Source: an uncultured Thermoplasmata archaeon
GTDB taxonomy: Archaea > Thermoplasmatota > Thermoplasmata > SG8-5
Direction: 5' to 3'
Assembly: GCA_964354755.1 (NCBI GenBank)
Contig: CAYHBA010000004.1
Span: 12,644 to 76,643 of the forward strand
Length of the DNA: 64,000 bases
Shown: positions 34,895-43,686 of the stretch, one piece after another
Layout of the letters: each line of letters starts with the position of its first letter
How positions within the stretch are numbered: the stretch's first letter is position 1
Notes under the pieces: generated by a model
The model's input: only the letters and a program-made list of their open reading frames with translations
What the model was told of the DNA's origin: nothing
Database searches by the model: none
Made by a program: the position numbers and the translations under genes

Positions 34895-36942
34895 GGCACC
34901 ACCGGCGTTATGAGGGCGGGCGTCCAGGTGAAATCCGATGTGATGCTGAGGTAGATGCCCGTTCCGGGCGCGATGGCGAAATCGTCACCGCACCATTCCT
35001 CGAAATCAGTGTCATAGAGGAAACATGTCGAATACTGGCCTGGGAAGATCCAGAGGCCGATGACATTTATCTTGCTGTCAAGGCCCGGCCCCGTTAGGGC
35101 GCCTTCCAGTTCCAGCACTATACTGCTCGCGCTCATGTACGAGCATGTTGCCGGGAGGTTGAAGAACATGATGTTGGTCTTGGGTACGGCATTGTGCACG
35201 AAGCTCAGCTGGCTGTCCGTGTCCACGCCGCACACCACCCAGGCGAAGTTTGATTTCACGGAGAGGTAGATGCCGTCGCCCGGCGCGATTGCGAAGTCGT
35301 CCCCTGTCCATTCCTCGAATATGTCATCGTACAAATAGGCGGTCGAAGCCTGGTCCCCCGGCACCCACTTGCCCACGACGTTAATCTTGCCGTCAAGTCC
35401 GGAGCCTACCAGCGCGCCCTCGAGTTCCATCACTATGTCGCTGGCCTTGGTGTATCCGGAGTCCTGGGGTATGGTTATGAACATTATGTTGGTTTTTGGG
35501 TACGCGTTATGGGTGAATGCCATGTGCTGCTTCACGCCCATCGAAGATAATCCCGGCCAACCATCCTCTGCCTCAACCATGTAGTACCACGTGTTACCGT
35601 CATTAGCCGCGCCTGTGTGCGCCCAGGAGAGTGAGGTCCCGGGTATCGTCACCATCGTCCAGGCCGATGGGAAGGTCGCGAATTTATCCAGGGACCTGTA
35701 TACGTTCCATGAGTTGGGGCCTATGTTGCCGTATATGCCCCACTCCAGGACAACATCAGAGCCGTCGGTGCTGACAGTGAGCCCGTAAGGCGCGAACAGC
35801 TCTGGGTGCACCTCTGTCTCAAACTCCTTGACCAGATCGCCCTGCGCTGGGTTGCCTGCAAGGTCCTCGAAGTTACAGAAGGTCAGCGTGTAATGTGTGT
35901 TCCAGTCCCACATGGTCGGCGTGTAGGTAAACTGGGTGTCATTGCCGGACCACCCCCAAACGCCAGGGCAATACGGCGATATGTCCACGTACCCCTTGGA
36001 GGTGTCCATGGACTCAGACCAGTAAGCTGTGAACGGCTGGCTGGGATTGACCGGGACTTGGTTGTCGGCCGGCATCGTGGCCGCGATTACCGGGGGCGTG
36101 GGGTCGTACAGCGCGAACGTGTCGTTCGACATCCCGTAGCTGTACAGCGGGGCGTAGAACGGGTATGTGCCACCGTCCCACTTTACTTTAACCGCGTAGT
36201 AGGCCGATTCAATGAAGCTCGTGTCCCTGTACACCCAGGCACCTCCCTCAAGCGTTGCATCCCCCAGTGCAGTTCCCTGGTTGGTCTGCGTTATCGGGCT
36301 CGTGCTCTTGTACACACCATAGCCGTCAAAGAGTGAAGGAACCTCGAGACCCATGGTTTGTGTGGCAATGGTAATCATGGCAGTACTGTTGCTCGGCCAG
36401 GCGTCGACCAGGGTCGGGTCGTTGATTGGCGTCATTATATTTGGTGGCCCCGGATTTGCACCTCCGCCAAAGTTAGTTGAACCGTCCCCCTCCATTGTGT
36501 CTTCCTTTATAGCAGTATAGTTTCTGCCCGAGACAGACCTGTCGTTGAAAATCTCATGAATTTGGACTGCTTTTTCATTAGTAGCCCAGGCGTCCCAAAT
36601 AGAGCCTGCATCTCCTTCACCATCGCCGTGGTCCGTGAAATAAAGCCATGTTCCTATGCTGTCAATCGTAATACCAGGATAACTGAGACCGAATGTGGCT
36701 ACTGTATGCGACGGGCTGAACGCCTCTTCCTGTTCCCAGTAATAAGCTATCCCGTTGGGTAAGTTACCAGGAAGACAAGGGTGGGTGCCGTCAGTTGCCA
36801 TCCTAACATAACCAAACACCATCTCCGGCGTCCCCCGCGCCCCACTCGCGCCTGGCCTCCCCATCGCCAGCCCCGAGCTGGCAATGAGCATGAATGCGAC
36901 AACCGCAATCACGGCCGACTTGTACTCGCCCCTTCCTTCCAT
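34891..36942 (-). CDS. Secreted protein of unknown function, first paralog; Ig/FN3-like middle, tandem ~100-aa C-terminal repeat
   Basis: 683-aa ORF. Signal-like AVIAVVAFMLIASSGLAMG. Same N-domain (GTPEMVFGYVRMATDGTHPCLPGNLPNGIAYYWEQEE...YAVKVKWDGGTYPFYAPLYSYGMSND). TATA-like run 24-32 nt upstream. Confidence 0.8.
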   Translation of the reverse strand: MEGRGEYKSAVIAVVAFMLIASSGLAMGRPGASGARGTPEMVFGYVRMATDGTHPCLPGNLPNGIAYYWEQEEAFSPSHTVATFGLSYPGITIDSIGTWLYFTDHGDGEGDAGSIWDAWATNEKAVQIHEIFNDRSVSGRNYTAIKEDTMEGDGSTNFGGGANPGPPNIMTPINDPTLVDAWPSNSTAMITIATQTMGLEVPSLFDGYGVYKSTSPITQTNQGTALGDATLEGGAWVYRDTSFIESAYYAVKVKWDGGTYPFYAPLYSYGMSNDTFALYDPTPPVIAATMPADNQVPVNPSQPFTAYWSESMDTSKGYVDISPYCPGVWGWSGNDTQFTYTPTMWDWNTHYTLTFCNFEDLAGNPAQGDLVKEFETEVHPELFAPYGLTVSTDGSDVVLEWGIYGNIGPNSWNVYRSLDKFATFPSAWTMVTIPGTSLSWAHTGAANDGNTWYYMVEAEDGWPGLSSMGVKQHMAFTHNAYPKTNIMFITIPQDSGYTKASDIVMELEGALVGSGLDGKINVVGKWVPGDQASTAYLYDDIFEEWTGDDFAIAPGDGIYLSVKSNFAWVVCGVDTDSQLSFVHNAVPKTNIMFFNLPATCSYMSASSIVLELEGALTGPGLDSKINVIGLWIFPGQYSTCFLYDTDFEEWCGDDFAIAPGTGIYLSITSDFTWTPALITPVVP
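34894..35508 (-). repeat. Tandem pair of ~100-aa modules at C-terminus (CTD-related pattern)
   Basis: NAYPKTNIMFITIPQDSGY... and NAVPKTNIMFFNLPATCSY...SITSDFTWTPALITPVVP-stop. The last 12 aa are identical to the next gene's C-terminus. Confidence 0.75.
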
Positions 36943-36965
36943 GGATTAGAATAGGTGTTTGTCAG

Positions 36966-36974
36966 TATATATAT
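36966..36974 (-). promoter_or_regulatory. (TA)n TATA-like run upstream of the three-gene paralog operon
   Basis: TATATATAT 24-32 nt upstream of ATG 36942. Confidence 0.4.
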
Positions 36975-36983
36975 GTTATTGGA

Positions 36984-36992
36984 GGGGGGGGG
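36984..36992. repeat. G9/C9 homopolymer just upstream of the operon TATA run
   Basis: GGAGGGGGGGGGA on the + strand. Confidence 0.9.
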
Positions 36993-37004
36993 ATTGCTGG
37001 CCGC

Positions 37005-39440
37005 TCAGGCCACCGTGAACACATGCGGGTCCGGGCTTCCGATAATCGGGTGTGTCTCCGTCCTGCCCGACGCATCCGAAGCGCTGATGTAGTACTGTAT
37101 CGTGGCTCCCGAGGCCTGGCCCGGTATGGTCGCGGTGTACTGGTCGAATTCTACATTGGTCATGGCGACTGTATTGTACGTTGGGGCCGTGGACAGCTTC
37201 CAGTGCAGCTCGTAGGTTGTGAGCGCGGAGCCGGAGTACGCCGTGATGTTGGCCGTTATCCCGACCGGGGTGCTGGCCGTCACCGGGCCTATGACAGGGT
37301 AATGCATGATGTACAGCGTTCCCAGGTCAGGTATGCCTATTGCCCGGCAGTGCAGGGCGTCGGTGGAGAGCCACGAACCAGTAAAGCCCAGCACCTCGTA
37401 CCCGGGCATGGCAGCTTGGTAAGACGCGATGGCCTCGTCATCCCAGGAGCCGCCCATTATTGGCAACAAGACCTTATCGTTCAGTATCAGGCAGTTCGAG
37501 TATGGCTCGTCGTTGGGCGTGTACACCCTGTACACCTGGTACGGTGTGCCGTAGGCCGATGTCTGGCCCTCGAAGTAGGTTACTGCGGCCTCGATCTCGT
37601 CATACTGGGCATGCCCCACCGGGACCTCCCGAATAATTATCTTGTCCACGTCGAGGAACTTGCCCCAGCAGTCGATGTGCTTGATGGTGGTGGTCGGGTA
37701 ATTGGCGTCGGGGACTATGTGATATGTATCTATGCCAAGATAGTCCTGATGAAGCTGTTTTATCTGAGCTTCGGTGAGGCCAGTGTTCTCCTCCAAAACC
37801 AAGTCTGTGGAAGCGGAAATGCCCAAACCATCTGTCATATAGTTACCACCCGTGTGGGTCACTCCCATGTAGTCCATGGGCACACCCAGGAAGCTGGCCA
37901 CGGCTCCCGGCACAATGTCGTCGTTAGGCCTGGGCCTGTTGTACGGGAAGTCCACGATGCCGAACTCGCCGTTCTCGTCCGTTATCCACCAGGGGCCGTA
38001 GTCCCTGGTCCAGTAGCTGTCAGTCGTGGCGATTATCCACTGGCAGTTGGTCATGTTGACGCCGTTGCTGGCATAGTTGTTCTGGGCCTGGGTCAGGTAG
38101 CTGTTGGTCAGCACAGTGTAGACAATGGCGTCCTCGGACATCTCCCTGATGACGCTGTACGATATACCCAGAGGATATCGGATAAGGACGCCCTGCATCC
38201 TCTCGAATTCAGCAATCTGGCGTATCGGGAGAGTTGGCGGCGGTATCGTCTCGACTGTCCAGACGCAGTCGGCAGTGACGCGTATCCAGTAACCGTTGCC
38301 GTCCGACATGGTGACCAGCGACTTGTCAGTGAAGTCCTGGATGTAGGGGCTCGATTCCTGCCAGACGCTCACATAGTCGGCCTGCGCAGGCAGGGTCTCG
38401 GATGCCAGCATCTGAGTGAGGCACGGAAACCCGACCATGTTCCAGCCCGTGTAAAGGGTTATCGACTCCACCGCCGGGTTCTCTCCGGTCGGCAGTATGG
38501 AGAGGGCCTGGTCGCCGCCGTTTGAAGTGACATGCAGCCAGATGCCCATGAGGTTGCTGACATCCGTGAACGTGTTGACGCTGCTGCCCTTCCTGTGCGT
38601 CATCCACATCTTTGCCACATTGTCAAAGACCTTGGCAACGTCCCAATCCGTGCCTCCGTCGCCGTTCGTTGCGTCGTCAAACACGGTCTCGATATTCCCG
38701 GCCACAGTGATTGGGTACGAGACGAACATCCAGCCGGGCGACCTTCCTGTGAAGTCCAGGGAGTACGGCGTCTCCGCACTGGAAAGCTGGACATCGTCGA
38801 TGTACCAGTAATCTATGTTGTACGCATAGCCGTCCACGGTCCATGCCATGTAGAAAGTGCCTGAGCCCACGTCGACGGTGCTCACGGTGAGAGCCTGCAG
38901 GACAGGCCCGTAGTTGGAAGCGGTTGCGGTCCATGACCACCCTGCATCGTGCCAGGTGGAGAGGTCTGTGCTGGTCTGGACCTTCAAGGTCACGCTGCCT
39001 GCCGCGAAAGCGTCTATGAACTGCCTGAACTCGAGGTCGATGGAGGCGAGGCTCGTTGTGTCGATTGGGCCGCAGTAGAGTCTCCACTGATCCGTAGCGT
39101 CAACATATGCGAATCTTGCCTCAGGCGATGTGCCGCCGGCATTGTTAGTGGTCCTGCGCGACCATTGACTGGTGGGGCCACTCTGCGCCCAGCCGGTCGG
39201 CGGGAATGTTGTGGAAGAGAAATCCTGGGATATAAGTACCGCCCTGGTGTCGGCGGGTCTTTCCTTGGAAGGAAGTGTCGGCGATTCTTGCAGAAACATT
39301 GACTCTGCCTTCTCAGGCAAACAGTCTGTCGGGGCATATGCGCCTCCAGTACAATCGGCCGCGCCAATGGGGGCAATTCCTGGTATAATCAAAGACACTA
39401 CAACTATCAGGCTCAACATGGCGATATAAAGCGGTTTCAT
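37005..39440 (-). CDS. Secreted Porphyromonas-type peptidyl-arginine/agmatine deiminase family (PF04371-like) protein with MAM-like domain and internal copy of the shared domain
   Basis: Start taken at MKPLYIAMLSLIVVVSLIIPGIAPIGA (the ORF is open to 39473). Deiminase motifs WTRDYGPWW, HTGGNYMTDGLG, IKHIDCWGKF and STDALHCRAIG (catalytic Cys context). Confidence 0.85.
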   Translation of the reverse strand: MKPLYIAMLSLIVVVSLIIPGIAPIGAADCTGGAYAPTDCLPEKAESMFLQESPTLPSKERPADTRAVLISQDFSSTTFPPTGWAQSGPTSQWSRRTTNNAGGTSPEARFAYVDATDQWRLYCGPIDTTSLASIDLEFRQFIDAFAAGSVTLKVQTSTDLSTWHDAGWSWTATASNYGPVLQALTVSTVDVGSGTFYMAWTVDGYAYNIDYWYIDDVQLSSAETPYSLDFTGRSPGWMFVSYPITVAGNIETVFDDATNGDGGTDWDVAKVFDNVAKMWMTHRKGSSVNTFTDVSNLMGIWLHVTSNGGDQALSILPTGENPAVESITLYTGWNMVGFPCLTQMLASETLPAQADYVSVWQESSPYIQDFTDKSLVTMSDGNGYWIRVTADCVWTVETIPPPTLPIRQIAEFERMQGVLIRYPLGISYSVIREMSEDAIVYTVLTNSYLTQAQNNYASNGVNMTNCQWIIATTDSYWTRDYGPWWITDENGEFGIVDFPYNRPRPNDDIVPGAVASFLGVPMDYMGVTHTGGNYMTDGLGISASTDLVLEENTGLTEAQIKQLHQDYLGIDTYHIVPDANYPTTTIKHIDCWGKFLDVDKIIIREVPVGHAQYDEIEAAVTYFEGQTSAYGTPYQVYRVYTPNDEPYSNCLILNDKVLLPIMGGSWDDEAIASYQAAMPGYEVLGFTGSWLSTDALHCRAIGIPDLGTLYIMHYPVIGPVTASTPVGITANITAYSGSALTTYELHWKLSTAPTYNTVAMTNVEFDQYTATIPGQASGATIQYYISASDASGRTETHPIIGSPDPHVFTVA
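38250..38765 (-). other. Shared domain, copy 8, internal (N-terminal to the deiminase domain)
   Basis: YSLDFTGRSPGWMFVSYP...TGWNMVGFP...NGYWIRVTADCVWTVE, followed by a PPPTLP linker and the catalytic domain. Confidence 0.8.
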
Positions 39441-39526
39441 GTGTTCCCTCTTGGTTAACCGAAAGTTTGTCATATGTAATAAAGGTTATGAGGGGTTACG
39501 AGAACCACTCATTTTAAATGGGGGGC

Positions 39527-40096
39527 TCACTCGTCCCACCTGAAGGAGAATATGCAGCTCTCCGCGCCCTTGTGAACACACTTTTCCTCCGTGACCTTGA
39601 TGTCCGCAGCCCTGGCCACCTTTGTCCCTACCCCGTGGAAGAACCCTGCCAGGTATGTGCAGAGTATCGGGGAATGCTTGAAATCGCTGAGCGCAAGCCT
39701 TCCTCTGCCCGTTTCGTTTTCCAGGACCTGGATTTTCCCGGTGCTGTAGTTCCTGGCCCAGATCTCCGGGGCATGGTGCAGGGCTTTGTTGACGGTGAGG
39801 AAGTAGGAAATTAACGACATGATGATGGATGATTGCCGGGCCGCATCCGCGCCCATCTGCTGAAGCCGTTTATCGTCCCAGCCCAGCTCGCTTTTGCAGG
39901 CCTCAAGGAAGCCGATGCGCATTTCCAAAGGCATCCAGTCCTTTTCCCTTATGCCCGCTATGTTGAAATGGGGCCATTTCCTCCCGACCTTCGAGACAAC
40001 CCTGTCCAGGCCGTCCTGGCCGCCGATTTTCTTTATGTAATTGGCATTGGTCCTGAATATGGCGCCCTTGCACATCGGCTCCAGCCCGGTGTTCAT
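39527..40096 (-). CDS. Small soluble protein, possibly V4R/DUF2378-like ligand-binding domain
   Basis: Start set at MNTGLEPMCKG, because the longer ORF runs into the ABCE1 start region. The family call rests only on overall length and the C-terminal ...KGAESCIFSFRW pattern, which is weak. Confidence 0.4.
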   Translation of the reverse strand: MNTGLEPMCKGAIFRTNANYIKKIGGQDGLDRVVSKVGRKWPHFNIAGIREKDWMPLEMRIGFLEACKSELGWDDKRLQQMGADAARQSSIIMSLISYFLTVNKALHHAPEIWARNYSTGKIQVLENETGRGRLALSDFKHSPILCTYLAGFFHGVGTKVARAADIKVTEEKCVHKGAESCIFSFRWDE

Positions 40097-40181
40097 GATG
40101 AAACATATAGACTCATGCGTAATAACTATTTCGCTGAAATTCCTGGGAATGCTTTTATGCCCCGGCACAATCCCCGGCTCA

Positions 40182-41951
40182 ATGAGAATTGCCACGCTGA
40201 ACAAGGACAGATGCCAGCCGAAGAGGTGCAACAAGGAGTGCATAAGCTACTGCCCCAGGGTGAGGAGCGGGGACGAGACGATAGTCATGGGCGACAAGGG
40301 CAAGCCAGTCATCAACGAGAACCTGTGCGTGGGCTGCGGCATCTGCGTCCACAAATGCCCGTTCGGGGCAATACAGATAATCAATCTCGCTGAGGAGCTG
40401 GAGGGCGAGCTTGTCCAGCAGTACGGCGTGAACGGATTCAGGCTGTACAGGCTTCCCGTGCCTAGGGCCGGCGATGTGGTGGGAATGCTCGGCCCCAATG
40501 CCATAGGCAAGACAACGGCGTTCAAGATACTGAGCGGCCAGGAGATTCCAAACCTGGGAAACCTGGATTCCCCGCCGGAATGGGGTCCGGTGCTCGAGAA
40601 GTACGCCGGCACGGAGCTTCACGGCCATCTTGTGAAGGTCGCGGATGGCAAGCTGACATTCGCCTTCAAGCCCCAGTACGTGGACATGCTGCCCAGGGTG
40701 CACAAAGGCAGGGTCAGAAAACTGCTGAAATCCGTGGATACAGACAAAGACCTCGACGATGTCGCGGCCCGGCTGGACCTCGAATCATGCCTTGACAGGG
40801 ACATTGCCAAACTTTCCGGCGGGGAGCTGCAGCGAGTGGCCATTGCGGCAACGGTGCTGAAGGAGGCGGACATGTATTTCTTCGACGAGCCTTCCTCTTA
40901 CCTGGACATATTCCAGAGGCTGAAGATTGCCAAGGTCATCCAGGGCATGGCCCAGACCAAGGGGGTGATGGTGATCGAGCATGACCTGGCTGTGCTGGAT
41001 TTTCTCGCAGACACAGTCTACCTGATGTACGGCCTCGAAGGGAGTTTCGGCGTGCTGGCGCAGCCCAGGACAGTCAGAAACGCCATCAATACCTACCTGG
41101 ACGGATTCCTGAAGGAGGAAAACATCCGAATCAGGGACAGGAACATCAAGTTCGAGACGCGCGCGCCCAAGAAGGACTGGAAGGCCGTCTCCCTGGTCTC
41201 CTTCGGCAAGCTGAAGAAAAAATTCGAGAAATTCACCCTGACCACAGAGCCCGGTTCCATAAAGGCCGGCGAAGTCGTGGGCATCGTGGGCCCCAACGCC
41301 ACAGGCAAAACCACATTCGTGAAGATGCTGGCCGGTGAAATCTCCCCGGATTCGGGGAAAATAGACGCCAATGTGAAAGTCTCGTACAAGCCCCAGTACA
41401 TCGAGCCGACCTTCGGCGGCACTGTGGCGGAATTGTTCATGACAGAACTTGGGGGGCGCTCCACGTCGGGATTCTTCAAATCCGAAGTGCATGAACCCCT
41501 GACCCTGGAGCCACTAATGAACAGGGAGTTGAAATCCCTGTCCGGCGGAGAACTGCAGCGCGTGGCCATTGCGCTTGCCTTGGCCAGGGAGGCGGACATA
41601 TATCTCATCGACGAGCCGTCCGCGTACCTGGATTCCAACCAGAGGATGGAGGCGGCCAGGACCATACGCAGGGTCATGGAGAAATCAGGCCGCTCCGGCA
41701 TGATAGTGGACCATGACGTCTATTTCATAGACATGGTTTCCGATTCCTTGATGGTGTTCAGCGGCACGCCGTCCGTCAGGGGAAAGGGCGAGGGGCCCAT
41801 GGGCATGAGGGACGGCATGAACATGTTCCTGAAGAATGTGGACATCACCTTCAGGCGGGACAACGACACCAACAGGCCGAGGATAAACAAGAAGGGCTCG
41901 AGGCTGGACAGAGAACAGAAATCGTCCGGGGAATTTTATTATATTGAATGA
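40182..41951 (+). CDS. ABCE1: ABCE1 / RNase L inhibitor-type ribosome recycling ATPase
   Basis: MRIATLNKDRCQPKRCNKECISYCP and CVGCGICVHKCP (two 4Fe-4S clusters). Two ABC cassettes (GPNAIGKTT, LSGGELQRVAIA, GPNATGKTT, LSGGELQRVAIALAL). Confidence 0.95.
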   Translation: MRIATLNKDRCQPKRCNKECISYCPRVRSGDETIVMGDKGKPVINENLCVGCGICVHKCPFGAIQIINLAEELEGELVQQYGVNGFRLYRLPVPRAGDVVGMLGPNAIGKTTAFKILSGQEIPNLGNLDSPPEWGPVLEKYAGTELHGHLVKVADGKLTFAFKPQYVDMLPRVHKGRVRKLLKSVDTDKDLDDVAARLDLESCLDRDIAKLSGGELQRVAIAATVLKEADMYFFDEPSSYLDIFQRLKIAKVIQGMAQTKGVMVIEHDLAVLDFLADTVYLMYGLEGSFGVLAQPRTVRNAINTYLDGFLKEENIRIRDRNIKFETRAPKKDWKAVSLVSFGKLKKKFEKFTLTTEPGSIKAGEVVGIVGPNATGKTTFVKMLAGEISPDSGKIDANVKVSYKPQYIEPTFGGTVAELFMTELGGRSTSGFFKSEVHEPLTLEPLMNRELKSLSGGELQRVAIALALAREADIYLIDEPSAYLDSNQRMEAARTIRRVMEKSGRSGMIVDHDVYFIDMVSDSLMVFSGTPSVRGKGEGPMGMRDGMNMFLKNVDITFRRDNDTNRPRINKKGSRLDREQKSSGEFYYIE

Positions 41952-42319
41952 TCATCCCGAATCATGGGAGGTTTGGCATGAAGCACATGCATTATACGGA
42001 AGTGGAGGAACAGATACCCACCGAGGAAGGGGTGCAGGGCACGGCAGTCCGTTGGCTCATATCGGACAAGGACGGAGCCAAGAACTTCGCCATGAGGGTG
42101 TTCACGATACAACCGGGTGGCAACACGCCCCACCACCAGCATGACTGGGAGCATGAAATATTCGTGCTCGAGGGGAATGGCGTTCTCCGGTCCGGCGAAA
42201 AGCGAGAGCCCCTGAGGCCGGGCGATTTCATCTTCATCAAGCCGGGCAAGATGCACCAGATGCGGAACGAATCCGGAAAGGTGTTTAGGGTGTTGTGCCT
42301 CATCCCCTACAAAAAATAG
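41948..42319 (+). CDS. Cupin-2 domain protein
   Basis: GGNTPHHQHDWEHEIFVLEGNG...PGDFIFIKPGKMHQMRN. ATGA overlap with the ABCE1 stop. An alternative start at MKHMHY (41978) is possible. Confidence 0.75.
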   Translation: MIIPNHGRFGMKHMHYTEVEEQIPTEEGVQGTAVRWLISDKDGAKNFAMRVFTIQPGGNTPHHQHDWEHEIFVLEGNGVLRSGEKREPLRPGDFIFIKPGKMHQMRNESGKVFRVLCLIPYKK

Positions 42320-42418
42320 GCAAGGGCATGTTCTCGGGGTTGTGACATAAAATCGCACATCCCATTCAGGCCAACTCTTAAATACACCCATCATTTCCGG
42401 CAGAATGCGTGAGTTGAC

Positions 42419-42610
42419 ATGGGCAATATAAGACCGACGTACATCAAAAGAGTCGCAATCGACCTGGTAAAGAAGTTTCCTGACAAGTTCAACGCTGACT
42501 TCCAGCACAACAAGGCCATGGTCACCCTTTACACGGATATCACAAACATAAAATTCCGGAACAGGGTGGCCGGGTATGTGACCCGCTTCAGGAAGCATTA
42601 CGAAGCGTGA
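42419..42610 (+). CDS. rps17e: 30S ribosomal protein S17e (eS17)
   Basis: 63 aa, MGNIRPTYIKRVAIDLVKKFPDKF...NRVAGYVTR, a typical archaeal eS17. Confidence 0.9.
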   Translation: MGNIRPTYIKRVAIDLVKKFPDKFNADFQHNKAMVTLYTDITNIKFRNRVAGYVTRFRKHYEA

Positions 42611-42684
42611 CCATTCCAGTATTCCTTTCTGCTGGGTTGGTATTTGGCATCTGTTTTGATGCGTGAAGGTTATGAGATGATTGA

Positions 42685-43686
42685 ATGACGCGGTACGCTG
42701 TCGAAGTAAAAAACCTGAACAGGGTATTCGTGACCAAGGCGGTCAGGGGCAAGAGCAAGAAGGAGACAGTGAAAGCCCTGAACGACGTCAGCCTCACCAT
42801 CAACGAGGGAGAGCTGTTCGGCCTTCTGGGCCCGAACGGCGCGGGCAAGACCACCCTCATAAAGATCCTCTGCACGCTGCTGCTGCCCACTTCGGGCCAA
42901 GCCCGAGTTCTGGGGCATGATGTGCAAAAGGAGACAAATGCCATACGCCAGAAGATTAACATGGTGTCGGGCGGCGAGACCTCCGGATACGGCCTGCTCA
43001 CTGTCCGCGAGAACATATGGCTCTTCTCCCAGCTCTACGGCATACCATCGAAAGAAGCCAACCGCCGAATAGACATGCTGATGAAGGAACTTGGCCTTGA
43101 GCACAAGAAGAACTCAAAAGTGAGGACACTCTCCACGGGCCTGAGGCAGAAGGCCAACATGGTCAGGGGCTTCATGACGGATCCGGCCCTCATCTTCCTG
43201 GACGAGCCCACACTGGGCCTTGACGTAAACGCCTCAAGGCTGATAAGGGACTTCATCAAGAACTGGATGAAAGAGAAGCCCGGGCGCACGGTGCTGCTCA
43301 CGACCCATTACATGATGGAGGCGGACGAGCTGTGCGACCGCGTGGCAATAATCAACGACGGTCGGGTTCTTGCTTGCGACACGCCCCAGAACCTGAAGCG
43401 GCTGATTCGCCAGGAAGCTGTGTTGAAGCTGGAGATTCGGCAGATAGACAATATCGGCGCGTTCGAGAACCTCCCTGGCGTGAGGAACTTCACCCATGTC
43501 CAAGACATGGCTGCCGGCATCACCAAGCTGAAATTCATACTGGATGACGAGTCCGCGGTTGCCGACATCGTGGCAGCGGTGCCGAAATCGGGCTCGAGAA
43601 TACTTAGCGTGCAGAAGACAGAGCCAACACTCGAGGACGTGTTCGTGACCCTGGTGGGAAGGAGCCTGACGAACCATGAAATTTGA
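42685..43686 (+). CDS. ABC-2-type exporter ATP-binding protein
   Basis: Walker A GLLGPNGAGKTTLIK, signature LSTGLRQKANMV, Walker B LIFLDEPTLGLD. Confidence 0.9.
   Translation: MTRYAVEVKNLNRVFVTKAVRGKSKKETVKALNDVSLTINEGELFGLLGPNGAGKTTLIKILCTLLLPTSGQARVLGHDVQKETNAIRQKINMVSGGETSGYGLLTVRENIWLFSQLYGIPSKEANRRIDMLMKELGLEHKKNSKVRTLSTGLRQKANMVRGFMTDPALIFLDEPTLGLDVNASRLIRDFIKNWMKEKPGRTVLLTTHYMMEADELCDRVAIINDGRVLACDTPQNLKRLIRQEAVLKLEIRQIDNIGAFENLPGVRNFTHVQDMAAGITKLKFILDDESAVADIVAAVPKSGSRILSVQKTEPTLEDVFVTLVGRSLTNHEI

Noticed and set aside
36894-38525. 543-aa ORF on the + strand
   Set aside because: It lies entirely antisense to the deiminase gene, which has clear family motifs. Its Arg/Gly/Val/His-rich, low-complexity translation is typical of an open antisense frame in GC-rich coding DNA.
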